Positions 23,333 through 35,056 of a stretch of 35,056 bases of DNA are shown here, piece by piece; positions within the stretch are counted from its first letter, which is position 1; each line of letters opens with the position of its first letter. This DNA is from Batkoa obscura (Eukaryota): NCBI GenBank assembly GCA_030770535.1, contig JASVEC010000182.1:1-35056 (forward strand), given 5' to 3'. A program made the translations under genes and the position numbers. The notes beneath the pieces were generated by a model, which saw nothing but the letters and a program-made list of their open reading frames with translations, searched no databases and had not been told where the DNA came from.

Positions 23333-23590
23333 ATGCTAGCTTCTCTATCTCCTCCTCATACCACTAATAATAAGGATAATTTGATTCGAAAATTACAATA
23401 TTATCTTAATTCGTATGCGATCAAAAATGCAATTTGTCCCATCTGTAGTTACAAATTAGAGTCTGTCAGTAATTTAGAAATCACAGATTTTAATCTGTGT
23501 ATGTTATGTTCCAAAACCTACCCAGTAAATGATGATGTTGATACTATTGTTCAAATGAGTGATATTGATGAAGATTTAATGATTCAATAA
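23333..23590 (+). CDS. Small uncharacterised protein with a CxxC-x17-CxxC zinc-ribbon-like motif
   Basis: An 85-aa ATG-initiated ORF contains CPIC...CMLC and an acidic tail, in otherwise stop-rich DNA. Confidence 0.5.
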   Translation: MLASLSPPHTTNNKDNLIRKLQYYLNSYAIKNAICPICSYKLESVSNLEITDFNLCMLCSKTYPVNDDVDTIVQMSDIDEDLMIQ

Positions 23591-24843
23591 ATTATCATTT
23601 TATTTAATTTGTTTTTCTGCTTTTTTACTATTTATTATTATTTTTTATTTAACCTAATTATGAATTGTCTGCTTAGATTTTTGTTTTATTTTTAGACGCT
23701 ATTTGCTTTGTTTAGGCAAATATTTTTTATGTTCAGTTTTAAAAAAGCTGTTAACAAATGGAAATATTGTTTTTGAGTTAAATATTGAAGCCATTTTAAA
23801 TCAGGTTTTCTTTTTTTAAAGATTCAAGTATACTTAAATCAACAAAATGATAATTACCATTATGTTATAATTGGAATATTTAATATTCTACAAATATAAA
23901 AATACAAAGACACTTATTTTTATAATACGTGTTTCATCAAATTAATTAATCTTCCATTTTTTTGTTATTTTTAGAGCTCATTATTTTTGTAATGATAAAA
24001 ATAATTGAATACTTTATGGCTATTCCATAACTTTTATAATAAATATATGTTAGAGGTTAGAAATATATTTCATGAATTTACTTTGTTATTTTTTAACTGA
24101 TATCTTTATTCTTAAAAGTATTATTAATTCTAAAAGCTACAACTTTATAATAAAACATAGCTAATGAATCATGTTCTAATTTTAGTATCATATCTTCAGC
24201 TTAAATAAGATTAAATTTAAGAGTATACTTTTAACCAAAGTTAATAATTATAAATGATTATTAAGTTGAATTTTATTTGATCCAATTTGTTATATTATCT
24301 TAGCTGTTAGGACCTTATACACAACGTCTGGTAGAATTGCATACTTGGAATCTTTAGTTTTTTTATAATTCATAATGAAAAAATTGTATTCTTATAACCT
24401 GTATTTTAAATGTTCTAAATATATCATTTACTAATAAAAATCAAACCAGAATATTAAAATTGGATAGAGTGTCTATTTTGTTTATAAATTATGACATTCA
24501 AATACAATTCTTTTAAAACTCATATTTATAATCTATTATAACATGTATCTATATTATATTACTTTTTGTTTTAAAAACTCCAGGTAATTAAGTTAAAATG
24601 TTTTTAGTGAGTTATTTAAAACTTTATTATTATGCTATAAGCCACCTTATATTACAATTATTATTTATTAGTACTTTTTACTAATAATTGCTTATCTTTC
24701 ATGAAATTTTGTTAAATTCATACTACGCTCTTTATCCATATATCAGCTAATTTGTTTTATTTTAGAACTCCCAAAAATCTTTCAACTCTAGCTTAAGCAT
24801 TAACATAACCTTCACTCACCGATTATTTAGTTTTTCAATTAAC

Positions 24844-24951
24844 ATATGGGAATACTTTTTTTGACTTCATTGTTTTTTTCCATTTTTTAAGCGCTATTTA
24901 AGCGGAAAATTTGTTAATAAAATTCTTGAACACAAAAATAGATCCCTATAT
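24844..24951 (+). mobile_element. MITE-like element, copy 13
   Basis: atatGGGAATACTTTTTTTGACTTCATT...AAGCGCTATTTAAGCGGAAAATTTG...AGATCCCTatat, with ATAT flanks. Confidence 0.85.
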
Positions 24952-25246
24952 TAACTCTTTTGGTTTAAATACTTCATTTATAGTCTTCTCCTTCTTAATA
25001 CTCTTCCTTCAGAAACTTCATTTCTATAGATACTATATACATTGAACTTGAAAGCCCTTGGCGCTAGAAGAAATGTCACCTTATAAAACATGTATCACAA
25101 AGTAAATAGTTAAAAATTATTACTAGCTAATCTTAAGGTTTGAGCATCTTTTGGTCTTTTTTATCTAAAAAACTTAGCCTATCTCATCTATGACTCGCCT
25201 TGAACATTGGTTCCCTTCTCTCCATTTCTGAATAGAGTATATCGCT

Positions 25247-25349
25247 ATATATGGATGTATTTTTTTGTTTAAGAATTTTACTAACAGTCTTTCTTCTTAA
25301 ATAGCGCTTGAAAATGGAAAAAGCGATGAGATCAAAAACATTCTCATCC
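25247..25349 (-). mobile_element. MITE-like element, copy 14 (degenerate ends)
   Basis: ATGGATGTATTTTTTTGTTTAAGAATTTTACTAAC...AAATAGCGCTTGAAAATGGAAAAAG...ACATTCTC. Confidence 0.78.
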
Positions 25350-25976
25350 CTTATTTAACGCCAACTTAGACTAGAAAAAATCCAAATTCATAAATACTTC
25401 AAAAAGCATCCCTTAAAAATAAGGTACTACTGGTCAAAATTTCTGTCTTATGATTTTATTCTTTATGTTGAATATATTTAAATTAAACCTCAAATTAGTC
25501 AAGCCACAGATATAGTTTAATATTGACTTTGGAATGACTCTAAACAAAGATCTTAGTTTAATATTTTAAACACCTTGGCATCTCAAGGAAAATAAAGTCT
25601 ACTAAATATTAGAGATATAGGAAAAACCTAGTTTTGAAGCACTCAGTTTCAATTCATAATATTTTCAATATCGATTTCTGGCATCTAATAATTAAACTCA
25701 AATAGGTGGTCGTCCACTCTTTTTTTTCAACTATTGAATTCTTTTATGATCCCTTAATTTTTAACCCACCAATAAGAAATGGATAGTCCATTCTTTTGAA
25801 GGATCGGAGAAAAAAAATCTATATATCAACCAAGGAATTTACAGATCTTTACTCCCTCTCCATTCGACAATTTTATATCAGACTTTTCGAGCAAAGGGTA
25901 ATATAACCTCTCTATACTAAAGCCCTATTTTCGTATCCATCCATAGATCAAGTTCTCATTTTTAGAAGAAGTTATC

Positions 25977-26002
25977 CCTAAGCTCTCTACCTAAGCTCTC
26001 TA
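25977..26002 (+). repeat. Perfect 13-bp tandem duplication (CCTAAGCTCTCTA x2)
   Basis: Read directly from the sequence. Confidence 0.9.
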
Positions 26003-27203
26003 TAATCATATACAGATACTCTCATACAACGTTCGCGCTACTAAATATTGCTCCTAAGTTTAAAGCGATTTTCGTTATTTTTTCTTATTAAAACCAATTC
26101 AAGTTCAGGTTACTATGTAGATTCACTACCTACTCAGCTACGTCGCATCTCTAAAAATATTTTTTATTTACATGAATTACCTGGTCCTAGCCTTCTTGGC
26201 TTACTCAATTCATTAAGTTTATGACGCTTTTTCCCTTCCTCTATAATTTTGAATCCTATTTAAACTTCTAATTATTTTGACTCGATATTGATCATCTATG
26301 AAACTTTCACAATCTTTTATTTTTACCTTCAGTCTTTTTATTCAACTTTAGTCATATTGTGTTGATAGATCAATAGACAGCCTTTTGAAGATCAAAAGTG
26401 GGATTTATTCCTCTTGTATTTCTGAGTTTTTTAAAGGAAGACAACTATTGTGCTTACTATCTTTTATTAAGAGACTTTATTGTTAATAATTGAGAGATTC
26501 AAGTTAAGTGACTTAACTGTCTACTATTTTCATTATTATAATAAACCAATTCGGAATGATGCCTTTCAAGAAGGAGACAATCAATGAGTTATCTTGATTA
26601 AACAATAATAGTTTACAAGTAATGGATAAAGTGATTATATAAAAATCTATAGTTCCATTGTTGTAATAAAATATAAACCTAAAATAGGTCTTTTCAAGAC
26701 TTTTACTTAGTTAATGATGTATTTCCCAGTGGCATACTGATATTATATATCGGTAAATAAATAAAGATAAAAGCTTATTAAATTTAAGTTTAGTTTATAC
26801 AATAGCATTTATACAGTCATTTAATAAAGCTTTTAAACTATAAAAATATAAGATACATAAATAATAAAAATACTAAGATATGAATGTATGATTTGTTTTA
26901 AAATGAATATCTCGTTGCTCTTTTTCGAAAAGATTACTTAATTAATATAAGTTTATAAGCCATGCTATCGCCTTAAACCATACTATTTCAATCATATATT
27001 GATGTTTATTGACAATAATATAAAATTATGATATTGTTTAGTGTCACTTAAAAAGCTAAAAAAAATTTTACAACAAACCTACAGCTTCAACTTTGATTTG
27101 CCAAAAATGATAAATGCTTTTTAAACCACAACTATTGGCTTAGCCCAACTTGGAAAGATTTAGCGCTAGCAAACGGTGAGAACCATTTTTAAGCCAATTT
27201 CTT

Positions 27204-30200
27204 ATGGATGAGCCAACCATTTATAGCAATTTGATCAAGTTAAAAGGGCTAGAGGAGGTGCAATGGTGTTGCTATTCACAGATTATTACAATGGGAGAGT
27301 TATATCATAAAGATGCTAGAGATAGTTCAATTTTTGTGACGTATAATGAGTTATTAAATAAGCAAGTGCCCTGCTTTGTTTCATTAGAAAGCTATAATGG
27401 AGATCAAGCTTTACTGATTTTATTTGTATTTTATTTTTCGGAGGGAAGAAGAGTTAAGATTACTAACGAGGATTTAAAAGGTTTGTTTTAGGTTTATTTC
27501 TATTTTTTTGGATTTGTTTTGATGTTCATTTCTATTAGAGGTTAAAAGTGGAATTATTACCAATGAAATGTTGCAAAAAACATCGGCTGCCGACTTATAC
27601 CCTGATAAATCTCAACTATTTTCAATAAATATTTCCAACGAAATTCATCCAAAATTCAATCAAAGTTCAACAATACCGTTAAAGTTAAATGAGTTTAATG
27701 AAATGGAGTTGCTTATATTTGCTATTAAAAATCTATTTTCAAAGTAAGGATCACTATCTTTTTTAAATCATGATCTAACAATTTAGTGAAATTAAGAAAA
27801 AAGGAGCGATTCAGTTAGGAAGATCTTTTATAACGCCGATAAAAAAAGTAGCTCAGATTCAAGGAACAAATGTAACTGAACAGATTAAGTACAAGTGTAT
27901 TGATATTGATCCTTGGTATATGAATTCTAGTTTTTATTTCAAGCCAATTTCAAGAGATATCAATATTAAAAATATTTCTTTTTGTAAGTCTATTAATAAC
28001 GGAGATAAGGTTTTATTAAGTCCACATGGTACAGAAGGTATATTTTTGACTTTTTCTAAAATTAAAGAGCAAGAAGAAAACCAGTTATTGAATCTATGGG
28101 CTCATAAAACAAGCATCCCAATTGATATACTAGATTCGAACTATTATAATGAACATTCAAGTAGCCAAACTGGTGGAGTAAATTTAAATAAGTTTTGTAT
28201 AATATTAATTTCAAAATTCAACATTCGACTTCATTACCCATGTTCACTTGTTTTTATTGTTAATGATATAAATAAATTCGAGGAAGATGAAGCATCTAGT
28301 CAGCATAGTATTAAGGAATTACTCGATTCTTTGGTATCAAATGCACCCTCAAACAATTTAAATACAACAACGGAACCAGTGACGCCGCAGAAAATAAAAG
28401 GAAATGAGGATAATGTTTCAAAAAAAGAAAGTGTTCTTGAAAGTATGTTTGATAGAGTTAGCATCACAGATGTAGATAAATGGCTAGACTCACTTTCGCT
28501 TACGACCAAAGAAACCCCACCTAATTTACAGAATAAAAATGGATTGATTGACACGATCCAATCTACGCATTTCGATACAGTTTCTCCATCAAATCCGTCC
28601 CATCATTAATTTCAGGTAATATTGCTGGTACAGATCCAACACCGCCTACAGATTATGAAGTTCCAATAGGACATGATATGTTAAACAATAGCCTCGGTTT
28701 TTTACCTGATCCATTAGAAGATTTTTGTATGGATGAGTTTGATAATTTTGGTAACTTTGAAATTACAGACACGGATTTTAGTTATTTTGATAAGAATGAC
28801 TCAAAAAATAATTCAGCACATTCAATACATCCTACACTAGAACATGAGAACTTGAAAGCTACAATTAACGGAGGAAACATAATGGAAAAAGGAGAATCAA
28901 ATCAGTATTTGTTTTCAAATGGTAATGAACCACATACAATATTAAATGGAATTACAAATGATAATTTAAATGGAAAATATTTTAATAATGATAATTTGAA
29001 CATGAAAAACGAATCAAATACGCCTACCGAATCAACACTTCATGGAAAACTAAGAAATCCCAATCTGCATGTAATTCTTACATCCTCAGATCCCTGGCTA
29101 TCTATAAATTATAAGCCATTAAAAAATTTCATAGTCAATCGAGGATTCCTTGAAGGCGGAAAATATTCAAAATTTTCAAAAGAATTAACGAAAGCACTGA
29201 AAAAAATGCCTAGCAAACCTTTTAAGACATTAAAATATCGACCATACTATGTACCAGCTTCTTTGAAAGAGAAGGAAGATACAGATGAAGGTACATTGTT
29301 AAAAAGGTCAGGCAAAAAAAAACGTATGGATCATAGTTGGTTGAAACAGATGCCAAGTAAAATCAGTCGCTTAAATGGGTATAAAGGGTATCAACTTACA
29401 GTCTCTAAAGATATTAAATCAACTGCTTCAGCATCAAATTCAAATTATGAGTGCTCTTCGGAATCATCTTGTATCCCCGATTCACCTCAGACAGGATTAG
29501 AGGGAAAAAGAGCCAATACTAAAGATAAAGTAAAAGAAAACGATTACTTAAATGAAGTTGTACTTTCACCTAATTTTTCATTTGTTTGGTTAAGAGTGAA
29601 TTCATCACACAATTGCAAAATATATCCGCCCAATTTATTAATTAATGATAATATTAATGCATCACAAAGTAATACTGAAATCGGAACAAACAATATAAGT
29701 ATATGGGAAGATGTAGATACATTAAGGATATTTATGGATCAATTAAGGACATATTATTATTATCCAGATGATATTCATTCTATAAACTTTCATCAACTTC
29801 ATGCATCATGTTATAATACTGAACCATCAGAAGTATCATTATGTTGGAAAGATGTATTAAAATCATTACAATGTTTAACAACAATATTTAAAATTAACCA
29901 GCCCTCGCTAATCAATTCTAAACTAAAGAATAAGTTTCACATAAGTGGTCCATTATCTATTAAGGATTTTCATAAAGCATTGAGTGACAGTTACTTGTAT
30001 AAGCTTCAAACAAATAGCCAAATACCTCAAACACTTGATCCTAAAATGAACCCATTTGCTTATATTTCTGGTCCTAAAATACAGGCTTATAATGTTTATA
30101 ACACGCCCATTGAATTGGGTATTTCTTCAGCTTCATTTTGGAAAACGTTGTCTTTACAACCTATTCATGGCATTAAAGATTTAACTGCTTTAATTGTTTT

Positions 30201-31794
30201 TCCACAACAATCTTTTACAACCAAACAAACTTCGTCTTTTTTTGATCAACTATTCCAAACTTATAAAGTAGTTATTGCATTATATTACTACAATTATTGT
30301 TTATTAATTTGCTTTGCTTTAGGAATGTCATTTGGGCAGTATTAATGCTTTAACAAATGTTGACTCAACTAAAAGCTACTTTCCATTTCCTAACAAAGCA
30401 AAAGGTAACTAATATTCACTAAAATAAATAACAAAATTAACTATCTTTAAGACTTCAAAGAGTTAATAAATTTACTTGCTCAATTTAACTCAAATTTAGG
30501 TAAGACACAATATAATTAAATCAAAATATCAACACTAATTTTTACTATAGCAGAACAAATTTGTAACTTACCGTCAGCAGTAATTCCAAAAAAGATCATA
30601 CTATTTTATGTTACTCCCCTTAATTTAAGTTCAACAAATGCCTTATGGCTTGTCTGTAAATCATTTCGCCAGTTTGTTGCAAAAATGGAAGCTACGCTTC
30701 CAAAAACATGTCAGGTTCATTTTAAAGTAAGCCATTATTTATTATGCCTAATGATCATATGTTTATTCTTTATTAGATCATTCCTTCAATCATTTTACAA
30801 TATTATCATTCAAACCAAATCTCGCTAGATTATTATTTAAAATTGTCCTTTAATATTTACTCCCAGTTTCATAAAAACGAAAATGAGGTAAGCTATTGTA
30901 ATACATAACATGCTAATAATAATTAATAAATAAATAGCCTTTAATTAATAGTCAATCCTCTACTATTTATTGCCCACCTTATTTTTTAAGTTCTCCACCA
31001 CCAATACAAATTAATTATAAAATGACGAACGAAGACGTAGCTTTGTTTGATAATGAAAATACGCTACATTTAACTTATTCATGGGGGGCCGATTATGATT
31101 GTGTCATAGCCGTATGGATTGATCGTACTGCACAATATTTAGATCACATTCTTTTACCAGTTGATAAAAAAGCCTTCAAAGATTATTCTTTTTTAGTGGA
31201 TCAACTATTTCAAGCCACAAAAAAATTTCAGGCAAAGTATTTCAAGCATAATGTACGTTTAGCTATTACCAAATTAGGGGTTATGGAAATAACTGAATTA
31301 GAAAGTTGGAAAAAATTAATTAAAAACATACCAGGTTCTTGTATTATGTGTGCAGGTCAATCTTCTGGATTGCAATTTTTTAGTGATGTGGATATCCATC
31401 ATGCTTTTGAAAATATTAATATTGAGGCTTCTTCTTTAATTATCACAGAAACAAGGGTACCCTTAAGTAAAAATCTATATATTCCAGTGCAGTAGGTATC
31501 TTGAGTTATGAAGGAATACCGGCGATTAATTTAGAAGTGTTTTTATTATATAATACATTTCAAATTGCTTCACCACCATCACCTTTAATCCCTAGTTTTC
31601 GAACGGTGTTAGCGCAACTGAATGACCTTAGAGTACTTGATAATTCATTGAGACCACCATTTAGCGTTGGATTTCATCCCAATCTGGAGTGTTCTAACCC
31701 CATTTTATGCGATATTTTGTTGCCTTTACCGTGGAGATGGGTGCTAAGTTCTTTTCTTCACATTGAATATGTAAAGAAAATGGATTTAGTTTAA
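27204..31794 (+). CDS. MED13: Mediator kinase-module subunit Med13 (multi-exon; two apparent 1-nt frameshifts at ~28600 and ~31488)
   Basis: Motifs in Med13 order: N-terminal YSNLIKLKGLEEVQWCCY, FAIKNLFS, GAIQLGRSFITP, DPTPP, FEITDTDFSYFD, SASFWKTLSLQPIHGIKD, YKECHLG, YCPPYFLS, LHLTYSW...AVWID, VLAQLNDL, LPLPW. Introns at about 27481-27538, 27744-27786, 30268-30322, 30405-30451, 30500-30550, 30727-30776 and 30888-30937. Confidence 0.85.
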
Positions 31795-32080
31795 GTAAGT
31801 ACAATTTAAATAACACTAATAAGAACAACTAAAAAGGGAAGTAATTAATTTAATAACTAAAAGTGAAATAAGTTATAATTGACAGATGATTGATTAATTA
31901 ATAACATGAAAATTTAATAATATAGCTTAATACTATTTATACTGTGACATAAAAATAGAAGTGAGAGAATGTGATGAAAATAAAGAAAATGATAATTTAT
32001 TAATTTATTTACTTTTTTATTAATACTATATTTAATGTTTAATAAAATTACATATCTATTGTTAATTATACACTTCAACT

Positions 32081-32714
32081 CTATTTTTCTTCTGCTAAAC
32101 TTCTTTTTTTCCAAAAAGCTTTACCATAATTAATCAATAACTCTTGGTTATTGCTAATATCACACAAAGTAAACACACCCATTGCTAACTCCATAGTATT
32201 CAAATCAAAAAATTCTCGAAACTCACAGTTTGGCTTAGAGGCTATGTTTCGATAATCGTTAATATATCTTGCCTCGTTTCCTAAAAAAGGATAAAATCAT
32301 ATTAATACATTATGTTATATTTAAATAAAACCCTTTACCCATTTTATCTGCATCCACTGAATACACATTTAAAAATGACAACACATAATCTGATTCTTTA
32401 TCATATCCCTCTTCACCAGTAACCCAACCAACATATTTAATCAACAACTCATCTTTAACAAAACTTTTTCCACTAAATAAACCAAAATAAGGATATGCTG
32501 GATGCTGTTTATTCGTCAACGCTTTGATCTTTAATTTCTTTTGATTTTTTTTACTATCATAACTAAACACAAGCAAATCTCTAAATCGATATTTGCCTTC
32601 TTTGAAGCCTTGATAGCATTCTAGACTGAGTGACTGAATGGATTTTTTTACAGCTGTTGTAGCATATTGAGGTTGATCAATATATTTTAGTTTAGTGTCA
32701 GGCCACGCTTTCAT
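32081..32714 (-). CDS. Small SET-domain protein (exons 32714-32339, 32280-32081)
   Basis: The spliced product contains YFGLFS...YVGWV...SDYVLS...VDADKMGNEARYINDYRNIASKPNCEF...ELLINYGKAFW, the canonical SET motifs. Confidence 0.9.
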
Positions 32715-32954
32715 GAGTTATAAGTTTATGACTAAGAGGAATGGAATAAAAAGTTAAACCAATTAAAAATGAGTTCTTGAAGTGAGGTCTTTTTGATAAG
32801 GGATAAAAATTTTAATTGATAAGAAAAGTGACTGATTCAACGTCATTAATAAATAAAAATTGTATTAAAAAATAAAGAAATATATAAAAAAAGAGCTGAA
32901 TGAAAGGAACATTTTAATTTTGATTTGTACTGAAAATAAAACAATATAACAGTA

Positions 32955-34277
32955 ATGATATCAAAATTATCTAGAGTAAATTTCAACCATAAAAACTTCA
33001 ACAATTGAATCACTAACTTTCATTTAGTTCCCCAAATTATCTTTAACATTAAATGCAAAACGATGCCTATCACATACAACTCCAGTTACCAGCTTATTGT
33101 CCATCTATAATCAACCTAAGATTACTTTTATCAAAGGCAAGGGCATGATACTAACGGACAATGATGGTAACAATTATTTAGACATGACAGCAGGTATAGC
33201 TGTAAACGCTTTAGGTCATAGTGATCCAAAAATAAGCCAAATACTTTATCAACAAAGCCAAGAATTGATTCATCTATCGAATTTATACCAACATCCTCAT
33301 TCAATTGAATTAAGTGATAGATTAATTCAATATAGTAATAATGATTTTGATAAAGTATTTATATGTAACAGTGGCACCGAAGCCACCGAAGCAGCATTAA
33401 AATTTAGCCGAAAATACCAATATATCAAATGCGGTAATAAAAGTGAAAAGTTTAATTTTATATCATTTAAAAATGCATTTCATGGTAGAAGCATGGGTGC
33501 TTTAAGTGTTACTGGGAATCAAAAATATCAGTTGGCTTTTGAACCTTTAGTGCCTGGTGTGAAACAATTAGAATTAAATTGTTCCCTAGAAATATTAGAA
33601 AAGAGTTTGGGTAAAGATAGTAATGTAGGTGGTGTAATTGTTGAACCATTCAAGGAGAAGGAGGAATTCATATAGCGAGCTACGAATTTTTAAAAAATTT
33701 AAGGAAGGTGTGTGATAAAAATGATGTCTTATTAATTTATGATGAAATTCAATGTGGTTTAGGTAGAAGTGGTAAATTATGGAGTTATCAACATTATGAA
33801 AATGTAAAGCCAGATATTTTAAATTGTGCTAAACCTTTGGGGAATGGAATACCTATTGGTGCAACCTTAGTTAATAGTAAAGTTGGAGATTGTATTCATG
33901 TAGGTGATCATGGTACCACCTTTGGTGGTAACCCATTGGCATGTGCAGTGGCTAATTATGTAGTCAGTAGGATCAATGAAAAAGAATTTTTAAATAACGT
34001 TGATATGATGGGAGAATATTTAATTAGTGAATTATGTTTATTACAAAATCAATATGCGTCTATTATTAAAGAGGTTAGAGGTAAAGGATTAATGATTGGG
34101 GTGGAGATTCATAAGGGATTTGATGCTAAACAGATAGTACAATTAGGTTTAGACTTAGGGATGTTGATTATTACGTGCGGAGAAAACACGATTAGAATTG
34201 TTCCTCCTTTAATTATTAATCAAGAGTATTCAGACCAATTTTTGAAGATATTTAAACAAATTTTAAATAAACTATAA
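32955..34277 (+). CDS. ARG8: Mitochondrial acetylornithine aminotransferase (exon 32955-32975, intron 32976-33027; apparent 1-nt frameshift at ~33647)
   Basis: Contains YLDMTAGIAVNALGH, NSGTEATEAALKFSR, FHGRSMGALS, DEIQCGLGRSG, AKPLGNGIPIG and HGTTFGGNPLAC. The spliced N-terminus MISKLSRFPKLSLTLNAKRCLS looks like a mitochondrial presequence. One added base restores EPIQGEGG. Confidence 0.95.
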
Positions 34278-35056
34278 GTCATTTAAATCATTTAATTGGG
34301 ATTCTATACCTATAATACTTGTATTAAGTAATATTATATACTTGTTGTAAATAGTTAGTAATTCAACTATTAATAATTTGTAGTAATTATTAGTGTTTAA
34401 TAGTTGATTATTCAATAAATGCTAAAATTACGGTTAGTATAAGAGTAGTCACAGAAATAATAAACTTACAACACAGTCTGTATAAAATTTTAAACTATTT
34501 TTCAATATAGTTAAACCTTGATTCAAATAATCCAACTCGTTTTCATTATTAATTTTATCTTTTTCATCATAAAATACATTTTTCCATAAATCAATTTCAT
34601 CTTTTGTATACCATAAGCGTAATAAATTAACAGTTTTATAATCTAAAGTAAAATCATTATTTAATTGTAAGTCACTAAGAAACATTAATACAAATAAACA
34701 AAATATTATATCAAATAATTTACTTATCCAAATTAAACTCTTTAATAGTTTCTAATTTATTATTTATTATTTGATCATTACTATCCACTAACTTAATCCT
34801 CATAATCAAATTAAGTATGTTACTGTCTATAGGCTCATTACTGGTGCTAATAAATGTGAATAGCTTATCCTTTTCCACCTTCAACAGCTCTAAAAACACA
34901 AAGGAATCCAATTGAATATAGTTAAACATATTTTTATCTAATATAAATCCATATTCCAATAACAGCATTAAATCATTATGTCCCCCATACTGTATAAAAA
35001 TCTAAAAATAAATCAATTTTTTATTTTAATTTATAACACAAAATTATTACTTGTTC
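34272..35056 (-). CDS. 3' part of a SETD4/Rkm2 (Rubisco-LSMT class) protein lysine methyltransferase; exons ..35051, 35001-34724, 34674-34470, 34421-34272
   Basis: EQ|IFIQYGGHNDLMLLLEYGFIL is the SETD4-type YGxHxNxxLLxEYGF motif. The last intron has a GTAAGT donor, a TACTAAC branch point and a TAG acceptor, followed by a 50-codon open exon. Confidence 0.8.

Noticed and set aside
5059..25349. The ~100-bp repeats as a CRISPR-like array or tRNA-derived SINE
   Set aside because: Copies are dispersed in both orientations with irregular spacing and have terminal inverted repeats. I saw no Pol III A/B boxes, poly-A tail or cas genes, and the context is eukaryotic.
12502..32114. Short ORFs 12502-12702, 20476-20703, 28300-28554 and 31914-32114
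   Set aside because: Antisense to real exons, or AT-rich chance ORFs without motifs.
33097..34277. ARG8 (and likewise MED13) as split genes or true pseudogenes
   Set aside because: Both parts retain the conserved motifs, and single-base insertions at short homopolymers restore canonical sequence. An assembly error is more parsimonious.

Overview
This is very AT-rich eukaryotic DNA with short (about 43-155 nt) GT-AG introns and CTAAC-type branch points. It looks like an early-diverging fungus (inference). Both ends are dense with housekeeping genes. The left end has a possible Mim1-like first exon, MPC1, a TFIIIC Tfc6/GTF3C2-like WD40 gene and a NIPA Mg2+ transporter. The right end has MED13, a small SET-domain gene, ARG8 and a SETD4/Rkm2-like gene whose last codons overlap ARG8. 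The gene-poor middle (about 8.3-27 kb) holds a tandem array of three paralogous ~600-aa proteins. They carry a fungal transcription-factor middle-homology (MHR)-like region but no Zn2Cys6 DNA-binding cluster. Only the first copy looks intact: copy 2 has an in-frame TAA and copy 3 lacks a splice-acceptor AG. Fourteen copies of one ~100-bp MITE-like element (GGGG...CCCC ends, 4-bp AWAT flanks) lie between 5.0 and 25.4 kb, and oppositely oriented copies bracket each paralog. Several conserved genes have single-base frameshifts at short homopolymers, most likely assembly errors. All product calls come from motif recognition by eye; no database search was run.
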